A stretch of 64,000 bases of DNA from Felis catus (Eukaryota). Below the pieces are notes generated by a model. It had not been told where the DNA came from, made no database searches, and saw only the letters and a list, made by a program, of their open reading frames with translations. Below, one piece after another: positions 24,846 through 38,365 of the stretch. The stretch is taken from positions 7,688,001 through 7,752,000 of the forward strand of contig NC_058368.1 in the NCBI RefSeq assembly GCF_018350175.1. Reading direction: 5' to 3'. A program made the position numbers and the translations under genes. The first letter of the stretch is position 1. The number at the start of each line of letters is the position of its first letter.

Positions 24846-25775
24846 ATGGCCTTGCTTTAAGTGTCTCAGTATAATGGCCAAACACAGTACTAATCACTTT
24901 ACAACTATTATCTTATTTAATTCTGATAACAATCCTGTAGTTGTATCATTATTCCTACTCTAAATGAATGAATGAAGACCATAAATTCTGAAGCAGAGAG
25001 TGATTCCAGAGTTCAAAGAAAGGAGTTCGTGAAAAGAAGACAAATATTGAAGACGGTGGCACCTGTGGCTATGACTCCTTGGCCCCATCTTAAAGTGTCA
25101 AAAAAAAACCACTCCAAACAACCAAGAATGTAGAAGACTTGAACAATATAATTAACAAGACATTTACATCCTAGAAGCAGAGAGGATATTTCCTTTTTGG
25201 ACTTCTCTGGCACTTTAGAAAATCTTGATCAGACACTGGATCACATAAATAAATCTCAAAAGCAAAGGGTATATTCTCTCATCACACTACAATAAAGCCA
25301 AAAAGTTAGTAAGTTTTGATTCCAAAATCTTGGGAGTTTTAAACACTCTGCTAAGCAATATTAGACTCAAGGAGAACATCATGGGTTCAATTACCAACAA
25401 CATATAAAATAATGGAACTAAAAACAAAATGGAAGGGAAGGGGGCAGCGTTTTAGCAAATCAAGAAGGGTAACACCCAGCTACTTAACGTACTTCAGACA
25501 AATGGAATAGAAAAGAGGAAGTCTGAGACAAGTGGAACTTGGGTCCATTTACATTTCAAAGAAAATCACAAGGGATTCTGCTATCTTGGTATCTAGGAAT
25601 GGGGAAAGGACACAACCCTTGGGGGCAAGGGAAATATGGAGACTAATGGGGGGGGAGGGGAGGACAGCATCCTAGACCCCTCTCCCTTAGGAAGCCACAG
25701 GAAGGGGACTCCGGAAGGGGGAAGGTGGGCATGCCAGGCCAGCACAGATTGGCCCAAAGCCTAGGTGTGGAATTT

Positions 25776-26033
25776 TTACTTTTTTTGTTTTTTCCTTGCC
25801 AGCATTTTTTAAAATATAATTTATTGACAAATTGGTTTCCATACAACACCCCGTGCTCATCCCAACAGGTGCCCTCCTCCATGCCCATCACCCACTTTCC
25901 CCTCCCTCCCACCCCCCGTCAACCCTCAGTTTATTCTCAGTATCCAAGAGTCTCTTATGGTTTGCCTCCCTCCCTCTGTAACCTCTCCCCCCCTCTTCCC
26001 TCCCCCATGGTCTTCTGTTAAGTTTCTCAAGAT
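25776..26033 (-). mobile_element. 5'-truncated felid L1 3' end with perfect 16-bp TSD
   Basis: L1 3' UTR (tgctcatcccaacaggtgccctcc). TSD cctaggtgtggaattt at 25760-25775 / 26034-26049. Confidence 0.9.
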
Positions 26034-26154
26034 CCTAGGTGTGGAATTTGTAGAGCGTGAAAAAGAATTGAGCTCATAAAGCATAGAAGGGCAGTTTAGT
26101 TGGGGCCTATAACCCATCTACAGAGAAGAGCAGAAAGTACTGATCAAAAGAAAC

Positions 26155-26900
26155 AGAATCAAAAAGACAAATAACAAGTGTGGGTGAGGATTTAGAGAAA
26201 TTAGAGGCCTCCTGCACTCCTGGTAGGCTTGTAGTATGGTGCCGGTACCCTGAGAAACAGTCGGGTAATTTCTCACAAGGTTAAACGTATGGTTACTTTA
26301 CGACCCAGTGATTTCACTCCTAGGTATGTACCCAAGAGAAATGAAAACACACGTCCACACAAAAACTTGTACATGAATGTTTTTAGCAACTTCATTCACA
26401 GTAGCCAAAAGGTAGAAACAACCCACACGCCCACTCTCTGACGAACAGGAAAACAAAATGTGTATCCACGCGGTGGAATATTATTCGCTCACGAAAAGGA
26501 AAGGTGGGTGCTACAACACGGTACCTTAAAAACATCACGGTAACGTGAAAGAAGCCAGTCATAGAACACTACAGACGATACGATCCCATTTATAGGAAAT
26601 GTCCAGAATAGGCAAATCAGTAAAGACAGAAAGTGGAGTAGCGGTTTCCCAGGGCTGGGGGCGGGGGGGGGGGGGAGGGAGTAGGGGTGCAAGCGAGGAG
26701 TGACTGTTAATGGGTTTGTGGTTTCTTTCTAGGGTCATAAAATTTTCTTCATGTAGATTGTGGTGATGATTGCCCAGCTCTATGAATACGCTATAACCAC
26801 TGCGTTATACTTTTTAAATGAGTGAGGAGTTGGGTGGCATGTGATTTAGATCTCAATAAAAATGTTTTTTAAACAACAACAACAAAAAAAAAAGGAAGAA
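26155..26900 (+). mobile_element. Old L1 3' end (L1MB-like)
   Basis: cccaagagaaatgaaaacacacgtccacacaaaaacttgtacatgaatgtt..ctcaataaaaatg. Confidence 0.85.
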
Positions 26901-26971
26901 AGAAACTGAGAATTGTAGGCTTGTCAAGAGTCAGCAGCAGAAATACCTTTGCAGTTAAGAAAGGAATCATT

Positions 26972-27183
26972 TGGAGTGCCTGGGTGGCTCAGTTGGTTAA
27001 GCGTCCGACTCTTGACTTTGGCTCAGGTCACGATCTCACGGTTTGTGAGTTCGAGTCCCGCATCAGACTGTGCACTGAAAGTGTGAAACCTGCTTGGGAT
27101 TCTTGCTCTCTCCCTCTCTGTTTCTTTCCTCGCTTGTGCTCTCTCTCAAGTAACTAAATAAACTGAAAGAAAGAAAGAAAGAG

Positions 27184-27214
<31 letters not shown>

Positions 27215-28435
27215 AAGAAACTAGTACTATTTTTGCAGAGTGCCTGTGACTTTTGTTTTCTTCCCTTTATTTCTCTAGTACTTTCCGAAAGACACTTAAA
27301 AATACTAAAATGTGTTTGTGTTTGATGACAAGATCATAAAAATATAGCTTTTTTTGTTATTATCTCTCTATTATCCCCATGGGGCGCCTGGGTGGCTCAG
27401 TTGGTTAAGCGTCAGACTCTTGGTTTGGGCTCAGGTCATGATCTCATGGCTTGTGGGTTTGAGCCCTGCGTCCGGGAGGGTGGGGAGGCTCCATGCTGAC
27501 AGCGAGGAGTCTGCTTGGGATTCTCTCTTTCCCCTCCCCAGCTCACACTCTCTCTCTCTCTCTCAAAATAAATAAACTTAAAAAAAAAAAAAAGAGTGGC
27601 CCAGCTCAGGACCAAGAAGCTGATAGAGGAAAAGGGAGTTATTAGTTACAGGTTTCACATTCTTCCTACGCAAACCTGTTCACGTAGGGTCTGTGTGCTC
27701 CTTCTTGACCCCGGGGGGACTTTTGGATTTCTCTTTCTCCAATCCCCTCCACCCCCATGCACCACATGGGTATGTATGGTGGAGTTAACAGTATGGAAGG
27801 CGTTTAAGATTCAGATGAACAGGGGCGCCTGGGTGGCGCAGTCGGTTAAGCGTCCGACTTCAGCCAGGTCACGATCTCGCGGTCCGGGAGTTCGAGCCCC
27901 GCGTCGGGCTCTGGGCTGATGGCTCGGAGCCTGGAGCCTGTTTCCGATTCTGTGTCTCCCTCTCTCTCTGCCCCTCCCCCGTTCATGCTCTGTCTCTCTC
28001 TGTCCCAAAAATAAATAAACGTTGAAAAAAAAAATTAAAAAAAAAAAAAGATTCAGATGAACAACCCTGGAAGCCTTGACTAGCCACATACCCCTAGACT
28101 GCTACTTGCGAGAAATTAACTTTGACTGTATTTAATCCACTGTATCTTGGGGTCTCTTTGTAACAGCAGCTTAGCCTCTATGAGGTTCATTTTTATTCCC
28201 ATGACCCATCCATATAAACCCGTAGAGGGGTGCCTGGTGGCTCAGTCAGTTAAGCACCTGACTCTTGATCTCAGGTCAGGTCACGATCCCACAGTTGGTA
28301 AGTTCAAGCCCCGAGAGGGGCTCTGCACTGACAGGGAGGAGCCTGCCTGAGATTCTTGCTCCCCACCTTCTCTGTCTCTCCCTCTCTCCCTCTCATGATA
28401 AATAAACAAACTTAAAAACAAAACACAAAAAAACG
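26972..28435 (+). mobile_element. Four plus-strand Can-SINEs (26972-27220; 27381-27593; 27822-28048; 28227-28435)
   Basis: SINE heads and tails. The 27822 copy is young, with TSD aagattcagatgaaca. Confidence 0.88.
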
Positions 28436-28619
28436 CGTAGTTAGCATCACAGTGAACTAGAGTTCCAACCTCACTACGTTCTACCTGGTTTCCATGTCTT
28501 GATGCTGTTTCTATCAGGAGCGACCTCTTCCCCCTTCTCACCATTTCCCTCACCCTTTCCAATATGCCTTCTAGATTTGTTCTGGACCATTCTGTCAGCT
28601 CCCCCGACTGCACCCCAAC

Positions 28620-29703
28620 TGTGTCTGAAGCAGGCTCCAGGCTCCAAGCTGTCAGCACAGAGCCCAACGCGGGGCCCGAACCCACAAACCGTGAGATCAT
28701 GACCCAAGCCGAAGTCGGACGCTTAACTGACTGAGCCACCCAGGCATCCCTACTTGTTGAATTTTTCGACAGGTTTCTAAAACATTTTTTAATACAGAAA
28801 TTTTCAAACATACACAAAAGTAGAGGTAACAATGTAATGATACATGTATTCATCATTCAGTTTCAACAATCATGATCGTTTCGCCAGTCCTGGGAATGGA
28901 TAAAGTTCAAGAGTACAGTCTTTGGAGATGATGCTTTAACTAAAAAAGTTTACTTCAATGGAGAGAATTTTATTTATTTATTTAAAAAAAATTTTTTTAA
29001 CGTTTATTTATTTTTGAGACAGAGAGAGACAAAGCACGAACAGGGGAGGGGCAGAGAGAGAGGGAGACACAGAATCTGAAACGGGCTCCAGGCTCTGAGC
29101 TGTCAGCCCAGAGCCCGACGCGGGGCTCAAACTCACGGACCATGAGATCATGACCTGAGCCAAAGTCAGACGCTTAACTGACTGAGCCACCCAGGCGCCC
29201 CAGTGGGGAGAATTTTAATCACTGTGGCAAACTGGCAAGGAGATGTTTTAGAGAAGCCTGGTTTTTTTGAGGGTAGCGGGGGTCTTCAAATCAGAGCCTG
29301 CATTTTCTTTCTTTTCTTTTTCAATGTTTTTTTTGAGAGGGACAGAGTATGAGTCGGGGAAGGGCAGAGAGAGAGGGAGACGCAGAATCCGAAGCAGGCT
29401 CCAGGCTCTGACCTGTCGGCACAGAGCCCGATGTGGGGCTTGAACTCATGAACTGCAGGATCATGACTTGAGCCAAAGTCGGATACTTGACCAACTGAGC
29501 CACCCAGGTGCCCCTGGAGCCTGTGTTTTCAAGTGGAGACGTAATAAGAGAAATAGTTATTCTTCATTCCCTGTTTCAAGCAGCACTTACTAAATGTCTT
29601 CTATGTGCTAGGCACTGGGTGTACATAGGTGACGAAGTCAATTCCTATATTTATTTATTGTTAATTTTTTTCAATGTTTATTTCCTTAGAGAGAGAGGGA
29701 GCA

Positions 29704-29734
<31 letters not shown>

Positions 29735-30135
29735 AAGAGAGAGAGACAGGGAAGGGGCAGAGAGAGAGGGAGAGAGAAAGAATCCCAAGCAGGCTCCATG
29801 CTGCCAGCACAGAGCCCAATGCAGAGCTTGAACTCACAAAAAGTGACATCGTGACCTGAGCTGAAACCAAGAGTCGGACGTTTAATTTTTTTTTTTAACG
29901 TTTATTTATTTTTGAGACAGAGAGAGAACATGAACGGGGGAGGGGCAGAGAGAGAGGGAGACACAGAATCGGAAACAGGCTCCAGGCTCTGAGCGGTCAG
30001 CACAGAGCCCGACGCGGGGCTTGAACTCATGGACCGCGAGATCATGACCTGAGCCGAAGTCGGTCGCTTAACTGACTGAGCCACCCAGGCGCCCCAAGAG
30101 TCGGACGTTTAAATGACCAAGCTACTCAGGCGCCC
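28620..30135 (-). mobile_element. Cluster of minus-strand Can-SINEs including a nested pair (29885-30094 inside 29650-30135)
   Basis: Copies at ~28620-28750 (tail missing), 28970-29201 and 29305-29514. The nested insertion is flanked by a duplicated aagagtcggacgttta. Confidence 0.86.
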
Positions 30136-30624
30136 TGACAGTTCTTACAATTAAAGAGGCATGTCATCTAATATGGGTTCAGAGTCACCTAAAAAATACT
30201 TGCGCTGCAGCATGATTAGGGCTTTAATAGAAACACACGCCTGGCATAACAGAGTTACAGAGACAAGTGTGGTCAGTTCTCTACGAAACATTCCCTCCAC
30301 CTGTGGGCCCGGAAATCTGGCTTCCGCTCAGGGAAACTGTATCCTCTGTAGCGCTCTCAGATGCTGTTTATTCCCCCCAATTTCCTTTATGGCGGAGCCT
30401 GGAATGTGGACATTCTCGTGGTTCTCCACTGCTACTCCTGTACCATTACCTCTGTTTTAATTTTTTTCTCTTTGGAAAAGAATATTCTATTTCTAGGAGT
30501 ATACACGTCTAAGCAAAAAAAAAGGTAAAGTACACACTCCTACGCAAGTACTAACTAGTGACTATTATGAATTTGATGTTAGTCTATCCAGGTTTTCTTC
30601 TGCGTGTGTATATATACATAGATT

Positions 30625-31568
30625 TTTGTTGTTGTTGAGTAAACTCTACCCCCGTGTGGGGCTCCAACTCATGACCCCTGAGATCAAGAGTCACATGCAC
30701 TGGAGACTGAGCCAGTCAGGCGCTCCTGTATACGTAGATTTTTTTGTGGGTTTTTGTATACAGAGATTTTTTAAAAAACACTTTTTTTAATGTTTACTTA
30801 GTTTTGAGAGAAAAGAGCAGAAGTAGGGGAGAGGATCCCAAGTGGGCTCCATATTAACAGCAGAGAGCTCGAGGCAGGGCTAAGACTCAGGAGCCATGAG
30901 ATCATGACCTGAGCCGAAGTCAGACACTTAACTGACTGAGCCACCCAGGCACCCCTAAAAAATCCTTTTAAAAACAGGATCATCTTGCCTGGCTGGTTCA
31001 GACTGATGGAGCATGCGATTCTTGACCCTGGGGTTGTGAGTTCGAGCTTGACATTGGGTGTAAAGATTACTTAAAAATAAAATCTTGGGGCGCCTGGGTG
31101 GCTCAGTCGGTTAAGCGGCCGACTTCGGCTCAGGTCATGATCTCGCGGTCCGTGGATTCGAGCCCCGCGTCGGGTTCTGTGCCTCCCTCTCTTTGACCCT
31201 CACCCATTCATGGTCTATCTCTCTGTGTCTCAAAAATAAATAAACGTTAAAAAAATTTTTTAAATAAAATCTTAAAAAAGAAAAAAAAAGGGATCATTTT
31301 ATACGTACTTTTATAGCTCGCTTTTTAAAAAATCAAATGCTGTCAATATTGATTTTTCTACAAAATGATTTGTAATAGTTAGAATTTTCATTATACTGAT
31401 GGATCATAATTTATGTAACCAATCCATGTTGTTGGCATTTTATAGCTGTTTTTATTTTTAATTAATATTCAGTAATGGGGGCACCTGGCTGGCTCAGTCA
31501 GTAGAGCAGGCCACTCTTGATCTCAGAGTTGTGAGTTCGAGCACCATGTTGGGTATAGAGGTTTCTTT

Positions 31569-31600
<32 letters not shown>
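30625..31600. mobile_element. Five Can-SINEs (- 30625-30727; - 30775-30955; + 30985-31085; + 31087-31270; + 31478-31600)
   Basis: SINE heads and tails. Confidence 0.8.
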
Positions 31601-32264
31601 TACTAAGTAATGGTCACAAATTTTTGAACTTAGTTTTTTGAAGCTTTTGAGTTTAATTTAGACATCTTATTTCTAAATCTAATATAGTTTGTCTTGAAAT
31701 TTAAAACACTCATTTTTGCTTTTTATTGGTTAATACTCAATCACCTTATAAATTTAAATTATTAATTATAAATTTCTTATTAAATTTCCCTAAACACTTA
31801 ACGTGTTTGCCAAACTTTCTTAGACATTTCAAACTGTCACACATTTAGTATATTTATCCTTTACCTGCTAAAATGTGATCAAACTTTCTCAACATTTAAG
31901 GAGTATTTGCCTGAATAATGAGGCAAAACTTGTAGATTTAATAATCAGATTCCCTTAAGTGCCAAAATACTGATTATAAATTTAATTAAATATTTCTAAG
32001 TATTTCACTTAAAAACATAAATCTTTTTCTTTTCAAATTTTTATTTAAATGCTAGTTAGTTAACATACAAAGAACATAAATCTAACGTGTCAGGTTCTCT
32101 TAAATACGTCCAGTGTCTCAAATCATGAATTACAAAACTTTTATAATACAGGCACAAAAATATTAAACATCGCAATTTGGCGTCATTTTTCTTATCATCT
32201 AAAAACTTATTTTTATATCTTCCCAGCATTGCATGTTTACTTCTCTAAGAGAGGCTCAGTCTGA

Positions 32265-32417
32265 AGGGCGCCTGGGTGGCTCAGTAGGTTGAGTTACGGA
32301 CTCTTGATTTCAGCTCAGGTCACGATCCCACGGTTGTGGGATTGAATCTGACACCAAGATTCTCTCCTCCTTTCCTGCTACCTCTCTCCCCTGCTTGCTC
32401 TCTCTCTCTCTTTAAAA

Positions 32418-32465
<48 letters not shown>
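32265..32465 (+). mobile_element. Can-SINE ending in (GA)n microsatellite (~32424-32465)
   Basis: SINE head plus a long GA repeat. Confidence 0.85.
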
Positions 32466-32468
<3 letters not shown>

Positions 32469-33659
32469 TCGGTCTGACCGTGATATACATCTAGGGTCAC
32501 AGGTTATAGATTTGGCATCAGAAGGTGAGAGCCTTGGGTACACCTTCCAGAATAATTCACACAGGCCGTTCTGTTATGTGGCTGATCATCAAGTCAGGGT
32601 TGGTTTTGTTAGAAATGAAAATCCAGTATATTACCACTTCCTCTTAGTCACTGCCACCCCTTTTTAACTGCAGTCTCTTGTCCAGCTTTCTCTTCCCTGA
32701 GTCAGGTTGAGGGGATGTTCCCCCCCTTTTCCCCATCCAATCTTGTCACTCTCCCCATTCATTTGCACCCCTTCACCCAACCATTGTTATGATATACACC
32801 CATCTAACTCCGCCCCCCAAGAAGAGACACCCTTGCTGCCAACAACTTTGATCACAATTTATCAGCCCATTTCTGTGGTTACACCTTGAAATCCTCCGAA
32901 ATCTTAATGTCAATATACCGGTCTAATAGCAGCTCCCCACCCCTCCAGGGTCTGCACCTTAATTCTTGTCTAATTCAATTGGTGTGATTAAAAAATCTTC
33001 TGGGGTTCTGCCTGGAAGGTGAATTTTAGTGGATTTTTTTTTTTTTTTTTAAGGAGAAGGAGGCGTGTGGCTTGCCAAAATGAAAGATTTGTTATCAATC
33101 AGGATGATTGCCATGTCATGGCCCTGTAGGGAGGTACCAGTGGATGAGTCTGGGCGCAGTGGAAAACACCTGCCGGGGTATAGTGAGAGAAGTTAGTTAA
33201 ATGAAAGGAGGGGTATCCATTTCATATGAGGACTTTAATTTGAAATGGGAATTGAGTGCCACTCTCAGAGCAACGCTTGTTTTTATGCCATGGAAAAGCG
33301 TCAGGAATACTTTGACCTCGACAGTAACACGGGAAAGTCTCTAAGGGGGACTAACCATGCACAAAACCGTTCCTGAGCAGTTCCGGTTATGGATTTTTAA
33401 ATATATAAGTTCTGAGAATTTTAATGATGTTACTATGATTTTAAGGGATGGACTGTATTTCATATTGGGATTTTTCCCCCTAATAAATGATGAACAAAAT
33501 GCTAAAAATCCTAGCATTCCAGCAAGCAGTAACCAAATATCGTCAGGGTTACTATGTATATGATATATATGAGACGTATATCGCATATATTTCAAAAACA
33601 TTTGATTACATTTCCAGGTTTATGGCTAACAACTTAAAAAGAGTCCCTTTAAAGACAAT

Positions 33660-34200
33660 GTTGGTTAAACTTCAAGATGGTCTAAGGATCCCACCTCCTG
33701 GTGTCCAAGCCTTTGTGTTGTAACCAACCTCTCCTGAGCGTAGGCTGGACCCGATGACTCACTGCTAACGCATAGACAATGGCAAACATGACAAGATGCC
33801 ATGTTCGAGATTAGGTCATGAAAAGATGGAGGCTTCTATCTTGCTTGTTCTCAATCTTCTCTCGCCCATTTGCTCTGAGGGAAGTTCCCTGCCATAAGGA
33901 GGGCTTCCTCACGGAGAGGTCCTGGTGGCGGAAATCTAATGTCTCTGGTCAATAGCCAGTGAGGACGTGAGGCCTGACAACAGCCACAGGATGTGAGTTT
34001 AGAAGGTGATCGTCCCCGGTCAAGCCTTGGGATGTCTGCAACTGTGGCTTTGACCGCCGTCCAGGGGAGACTGAGCCAGAGGAACCCATGAGGCCATGGC
34101 CAGATTCCCGACCCATGGGAGCCGTGACATAACAATCGCTCATTGTTTTAAGCTGCCAAGTTGTGGGGTCATTTGTTGAGCAGCAACATGTAAGTAATCT
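33660..34200 (+). mobile_element. MLT1 (ERVL-MaLR) LTR, older subfamily
   Basis: aagatgg..gatcccacctcctggtgt..; 3' end cattgttttaagctgccaagttgtggggtcatttgtt..gcagcaa. Confidence 0.82.
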
Positions 34201-34319
34201 ACTCCCCTTTCTTTAGCCTACGTCCAAACTGTAATAAATGCATTGGGAAATAGATGGAAAGTTCGGCCAGCAGGAGATCATTCAATTCTATGAAAGGAGA
34301 AGTCTGTGTTGACACTAAG

Positions 34320-34760
34320 AGCCAGATTGTCAAAAGGTGAAATGCAACAGGTGAAATTAATTGTAAGAATGTATTTTATTTAACTTCAAGTAGGAAAAAA
34401 ACCAGTGCCATTTCAGTGTGCCATCAGTATAAAATATTTTAGTGTTTTTTGCCCTGTGTCTTCAAAATCCAGTGTGTGTTTCATACTTACGGTACAGCTC
34501 AGTATGGATGCCGAATGCTTATTGTAAATGTTTGGACCGTAGGAGCATCTCATAAACTTTAGGGTTGAAAAAGCAGATTTGCACACCCAAATTGTGTTCC
34601 AAACATACTTAAAAGTTTTCCAGGAACCGAATTGAGGCCAATGCTTAACTTCAAATGAACTGAAAATAACTAAGTTAAAAATGCAGCCCTAGCTGTCTTA
34701 CAAGCGCTCAACAGTGACAAGTGGCTGGTGGCTTGTTGCATTGAACCGTGCCGCTCTCGC
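34320..34760. mobile_element. hAT-Charlie (MER33/Charlie1-like) remnant
   Basis: aacaggtgaaattaatt..tcttcaaaatccagtgtgt..; 3' end caagcgctcaacag..gtggctggtggct. Confidence 0.6.
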
Positions 34761-35242
34761 GTAGACTCAGAATTCAATAACTGGCTGCTGGATGGATTAA
34801 TTCTGCAACATTATTTCACCGGTTACATTAGCCATGAGTTGGGGTGCCTGGCGGGCTCAGTCAGTAGACCATGTGGCTCTTGATCTTGGGATCATGACTT
34901 TGAGCCCCCACGTTGGGTGTAGGGATCACTTATAAAAAAAAAAAAATTAGCCAGGAATTAAACCAAAAGGCTGCCTGAAATTTCTTCCAGAGAAAGAAAT
35001 GCTAGCAATAATTATCAGCTAGTAGCCAACAGAGTGCCTTCAGTATTAGGTGGTCTTACTTATATTCATACCCTGAAGAATGCTCTACGCAGTGCAATTT
35101 GAACTCTGAGTCATCAGGGGATCCCTCTGAAATATTTAAACTCTTTGGAAACACTGATTTGTATTTTTGACTCACGTGATAATTTGGGGATTCAAAATTC
35201 TCTACTAACAAATATGGGGATGAAAATCAAAATGGCTAACGA

Positions 35243-35451
35243 GGGGCGCCTGGGTGGCTCAGTCGGTTAAGTGGCTGACTTCAGCTCAGGTCGATCTTGC
35301 GGTCTGTGAGTTCGAGCCCCGCGTCGGGCTCTGGGCTGATGGCTCGGAGCCTGGAGCCTGCTTCCGATTCTGTGTCTTCCTCTCTCTCTGCCCCGTTCGT
35401 GCTCTGTCTCTCTCTGTCTCAAAAATAAAAAAATAAACGTTAAAAAAAAAA
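35243..35451 (+). mobile_element. SINEC_Fc with 20-bp TSD
   Basis: TSD aaaatcaaaatggctaacga on both sides. A short older SINE also lies at ~34841-34946. Confidence 0.9.
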
Positions 35452-36478
35452 AAATCAAAATGGCTAACGAATCATGAATGGAATAAAGTCATTTTAAGAG
35501 TTAAAATGAAAAAAAAAAGAGTTGAAATGGTAACTTTTCAAAAACATATCAACCGGTATTACCATCATATCACAACACTGCTACATTGATTTTGTATATT
35601 TCTAAAACAATACAGATTCCTTTCCCGTCATACACCCATGCATTTAATCTTCCATGGTTCCAGCGATATGGTTTACCTTTTTGATTGGGGTGCAGTTGTA
35701 CACCTTGAAAGACTTATAGTAAACATGCTATCTGGATATTTAACAGAGAGATACAATAAGGAAGTACAGAATGTTTACCTTATCAGGTAAATTGCTTTCC
35801 TGTAGTTAAAGCTATTTCTGTCCTTTTGGTAGTAGGCGAAGGGGACTGCGTAAGTATTGATAGGATCTTAACAAGCTTAGGCTGTTTCCAAATCAAAGCA
35901 CAGGGATAAAGGTTTAAGAAATAGTAGGTCTTGGCTTTCTCCTGATTTTCTTCTCTCTTCCTTTCTTCCTACAGATTAGAACCCAACCATCTAGAGCTGA
36001 GCTGACCCTGAAAGTTGAGGCCATACATCTGTACATCATTACTAGCTCCAAACCTACCCCTCATCAATCATAGAAACTCACCATCTACTCCCTAGTCACT
36101 TACCTGATAATATGCAGTTTTTGTCTTAGACTGTCTCATTTTGGTTAGCTAGACAGATAAATTTTGTCAGCTTTCAGCAGGTAATTTATTTACTTTCTGA
36201 GAACAATGTTTGTGGATTTATTGGTGAGGGTTCATATTAAATAAGCAGAGAAAATATTTTTCTTTTAAAACTCCAAATCTGAATTCCCAGGGTTATTTTT
36301 AAGAAGAACTATGTGGAAAAACCACAGACACTGACAACTCTGAGTCAGAAAGTGATTCAGAAGAATTGGGCTCTAAAAGTGAAGAAATTTTAGGAAAAAT
36401 TAGCCAATAAATTTTACTTAACGTTTTCCATTTTATGGATGCCGAGTGTACGTAAATTTTCCAAAAGTCCTGTGTCTA

Positions 36479-38106
36479 GGGGCATCTGGGTGGCTCAGTC
36501 GGTTAAGCATCTGACTTTGGCTCAGGTCATGATCTCGCAGTTCACAAGTTCGAACCCTGCATCGGGCTCCGTGCTGACAGCTCAGAGCCTGGAGCCTGTT
36601 TCAGATTCTATGCCTCCCTCTCTCTGCCTCTCCCTGTTCATGCTCTGTTTCTGTCTCTCTCTCTCAAAAATAAACAAACATTTAAAACAAATAAGCATTA
36701 ATAAAAACCTTATGTCTAAATAAGTCTAAAATAGCTCTTTCCATAAATTTCAAGTAAAAATTCTAATTGGTAAGAAGGCATTTTTTTCTTGGTATTATGT
36801 AAGATAACAGTATATCTTACTTTATATTTGATGGAATATAATAATACAATCCACATAGTAATTTTTGAATATAGAAATGTTCTAAAATATACGAAGTTGT
36901 TATATATTCCTACAGGTAGTTTTTTTGTAAGTTGATTTATTTATTTTGAGAGGGAGACAGAGAATGCACACAAATGTGCGTGTGTGAGCGGAGGAGGAGC
37001 AGAGAGCGAGGGAGCTATAGAATCGAAGGACCTGAGCCAATATCCAGAGTTGGACGCTTAACCAAATGGGCCACCCAGGTGCCCCCCAACCCCGACCCCT
37101 GCAGGGAGTTTTAAAATAATAAAATGTTCAATTATTGCAAAACAATAGCTGAAAAAATTTTCTCTGTAAAACCAAGGGTTACTAAACAGACCTGAATATA
37201 GTGTGAAATATAGGTGTAAAAATTGTAAATATCCTAAAATATGTTTATTAGTTTACTTAGCATTTTTAAAGTTTTAAAACATGTTTATTTTTGAGAGAGA
37301 GACAGAGCACGAGTAGGGGAAGGGCAAAGAGAGAGGGAGACACAGAATCCGAAGCAGGCTCCAGGCTCTGAGCTGTCAGCAGAGAGCCCGGTGTAAGGCT
37401 CGAACCCATGAACCGTGAGATCATGACCTGAGCTGAAGTCGGATGCTGAACCGACTGAATCATCCAGGCGCCCCCTACTTAGCATTTTTAATTCCGTGCT
37501 CTCTCTTCTCTACTGCTCCTCTTTGCTATCTTTTAGTGAAAAAACAAACAAACAAACAAACAAAAAAAAACCCACTGACATGGCAGTTATTAGAAGATCT
37601 GGTGTCCCATTCTAGCTGTGCCATTCACAAACTGTATAATCTTGGCAGACCACAACGTCTCTGTTTCTTCATCCATAAGGCTTCTTTCAGCTCTAAAAGT
37701 GTTTTTAACTCTAAAAAGTCTACAAGTCAACCAAGAGTCAATATTATTAGTCTGAGAGAAGGCAAATATTTGCCAATGAGATGCCTCGCAAACAACATTG
37801 ACGTGAAAACCGTACCAAAAAATAATAGAAACAGAGATTATTTTCTTCTAATCCTGTACCGTAATTTTAGTAGTCTTGCTCTAGCTTTTTTTTTAATTTT
37901 GTTAATGTTTATTTATTTTTGAGACAGAGGGTGACAGAGCACAAGTGGGGGAGGGGCAGAGAGAGAGGGAGACACAGAATCCGAAACAGGCTCCAGGCTC
38001 TGAGCCATCAGCACAGACCCCGATGCAGGGCTCAAACCCATGAACTGCAAGATCATGACCTGAGCCGAAGTCAGGCACTTAACTGACTGAGCCACCCAGG
38101 CGCCCC
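36479..38106. mobile_element. Four Can-SINEs (+ 36479-36690; - 36920-37086; - 37265-37474; - 37887-38106)
   Basis: SINE heads and tails. Confidence 0.85.
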
Positions 38107-38365
38107 AGGCTTGCTCCAACTTTAATTGGGCATCATATTATTTACTCATTCATCAACAAGTGTTTGTTGAAAGTTTTTGTGCACCAAGTGCTGAGGTAAA
38201 TGCAAACAGTCCTTGCCTTCATGGAGCTCATAGCCAGTAGGATGGATAAACATTAAACAAATAACTTATAGTTCCAAGTTATGATATATCCTCAAAGGGG
38301 AAAACTGTCAAGTGCTAGTGAGTGAGTGAATAATGGAGACCTAATTTAAACTGGGTGCTAAGGAA

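Noticed and set aside
31610..33060. AT-rich unexplained segment, possibly an ERV internal remnant
   Set aside because: I could not assign a family or find diagnostic motifs by eye; a Dfam search is needed.
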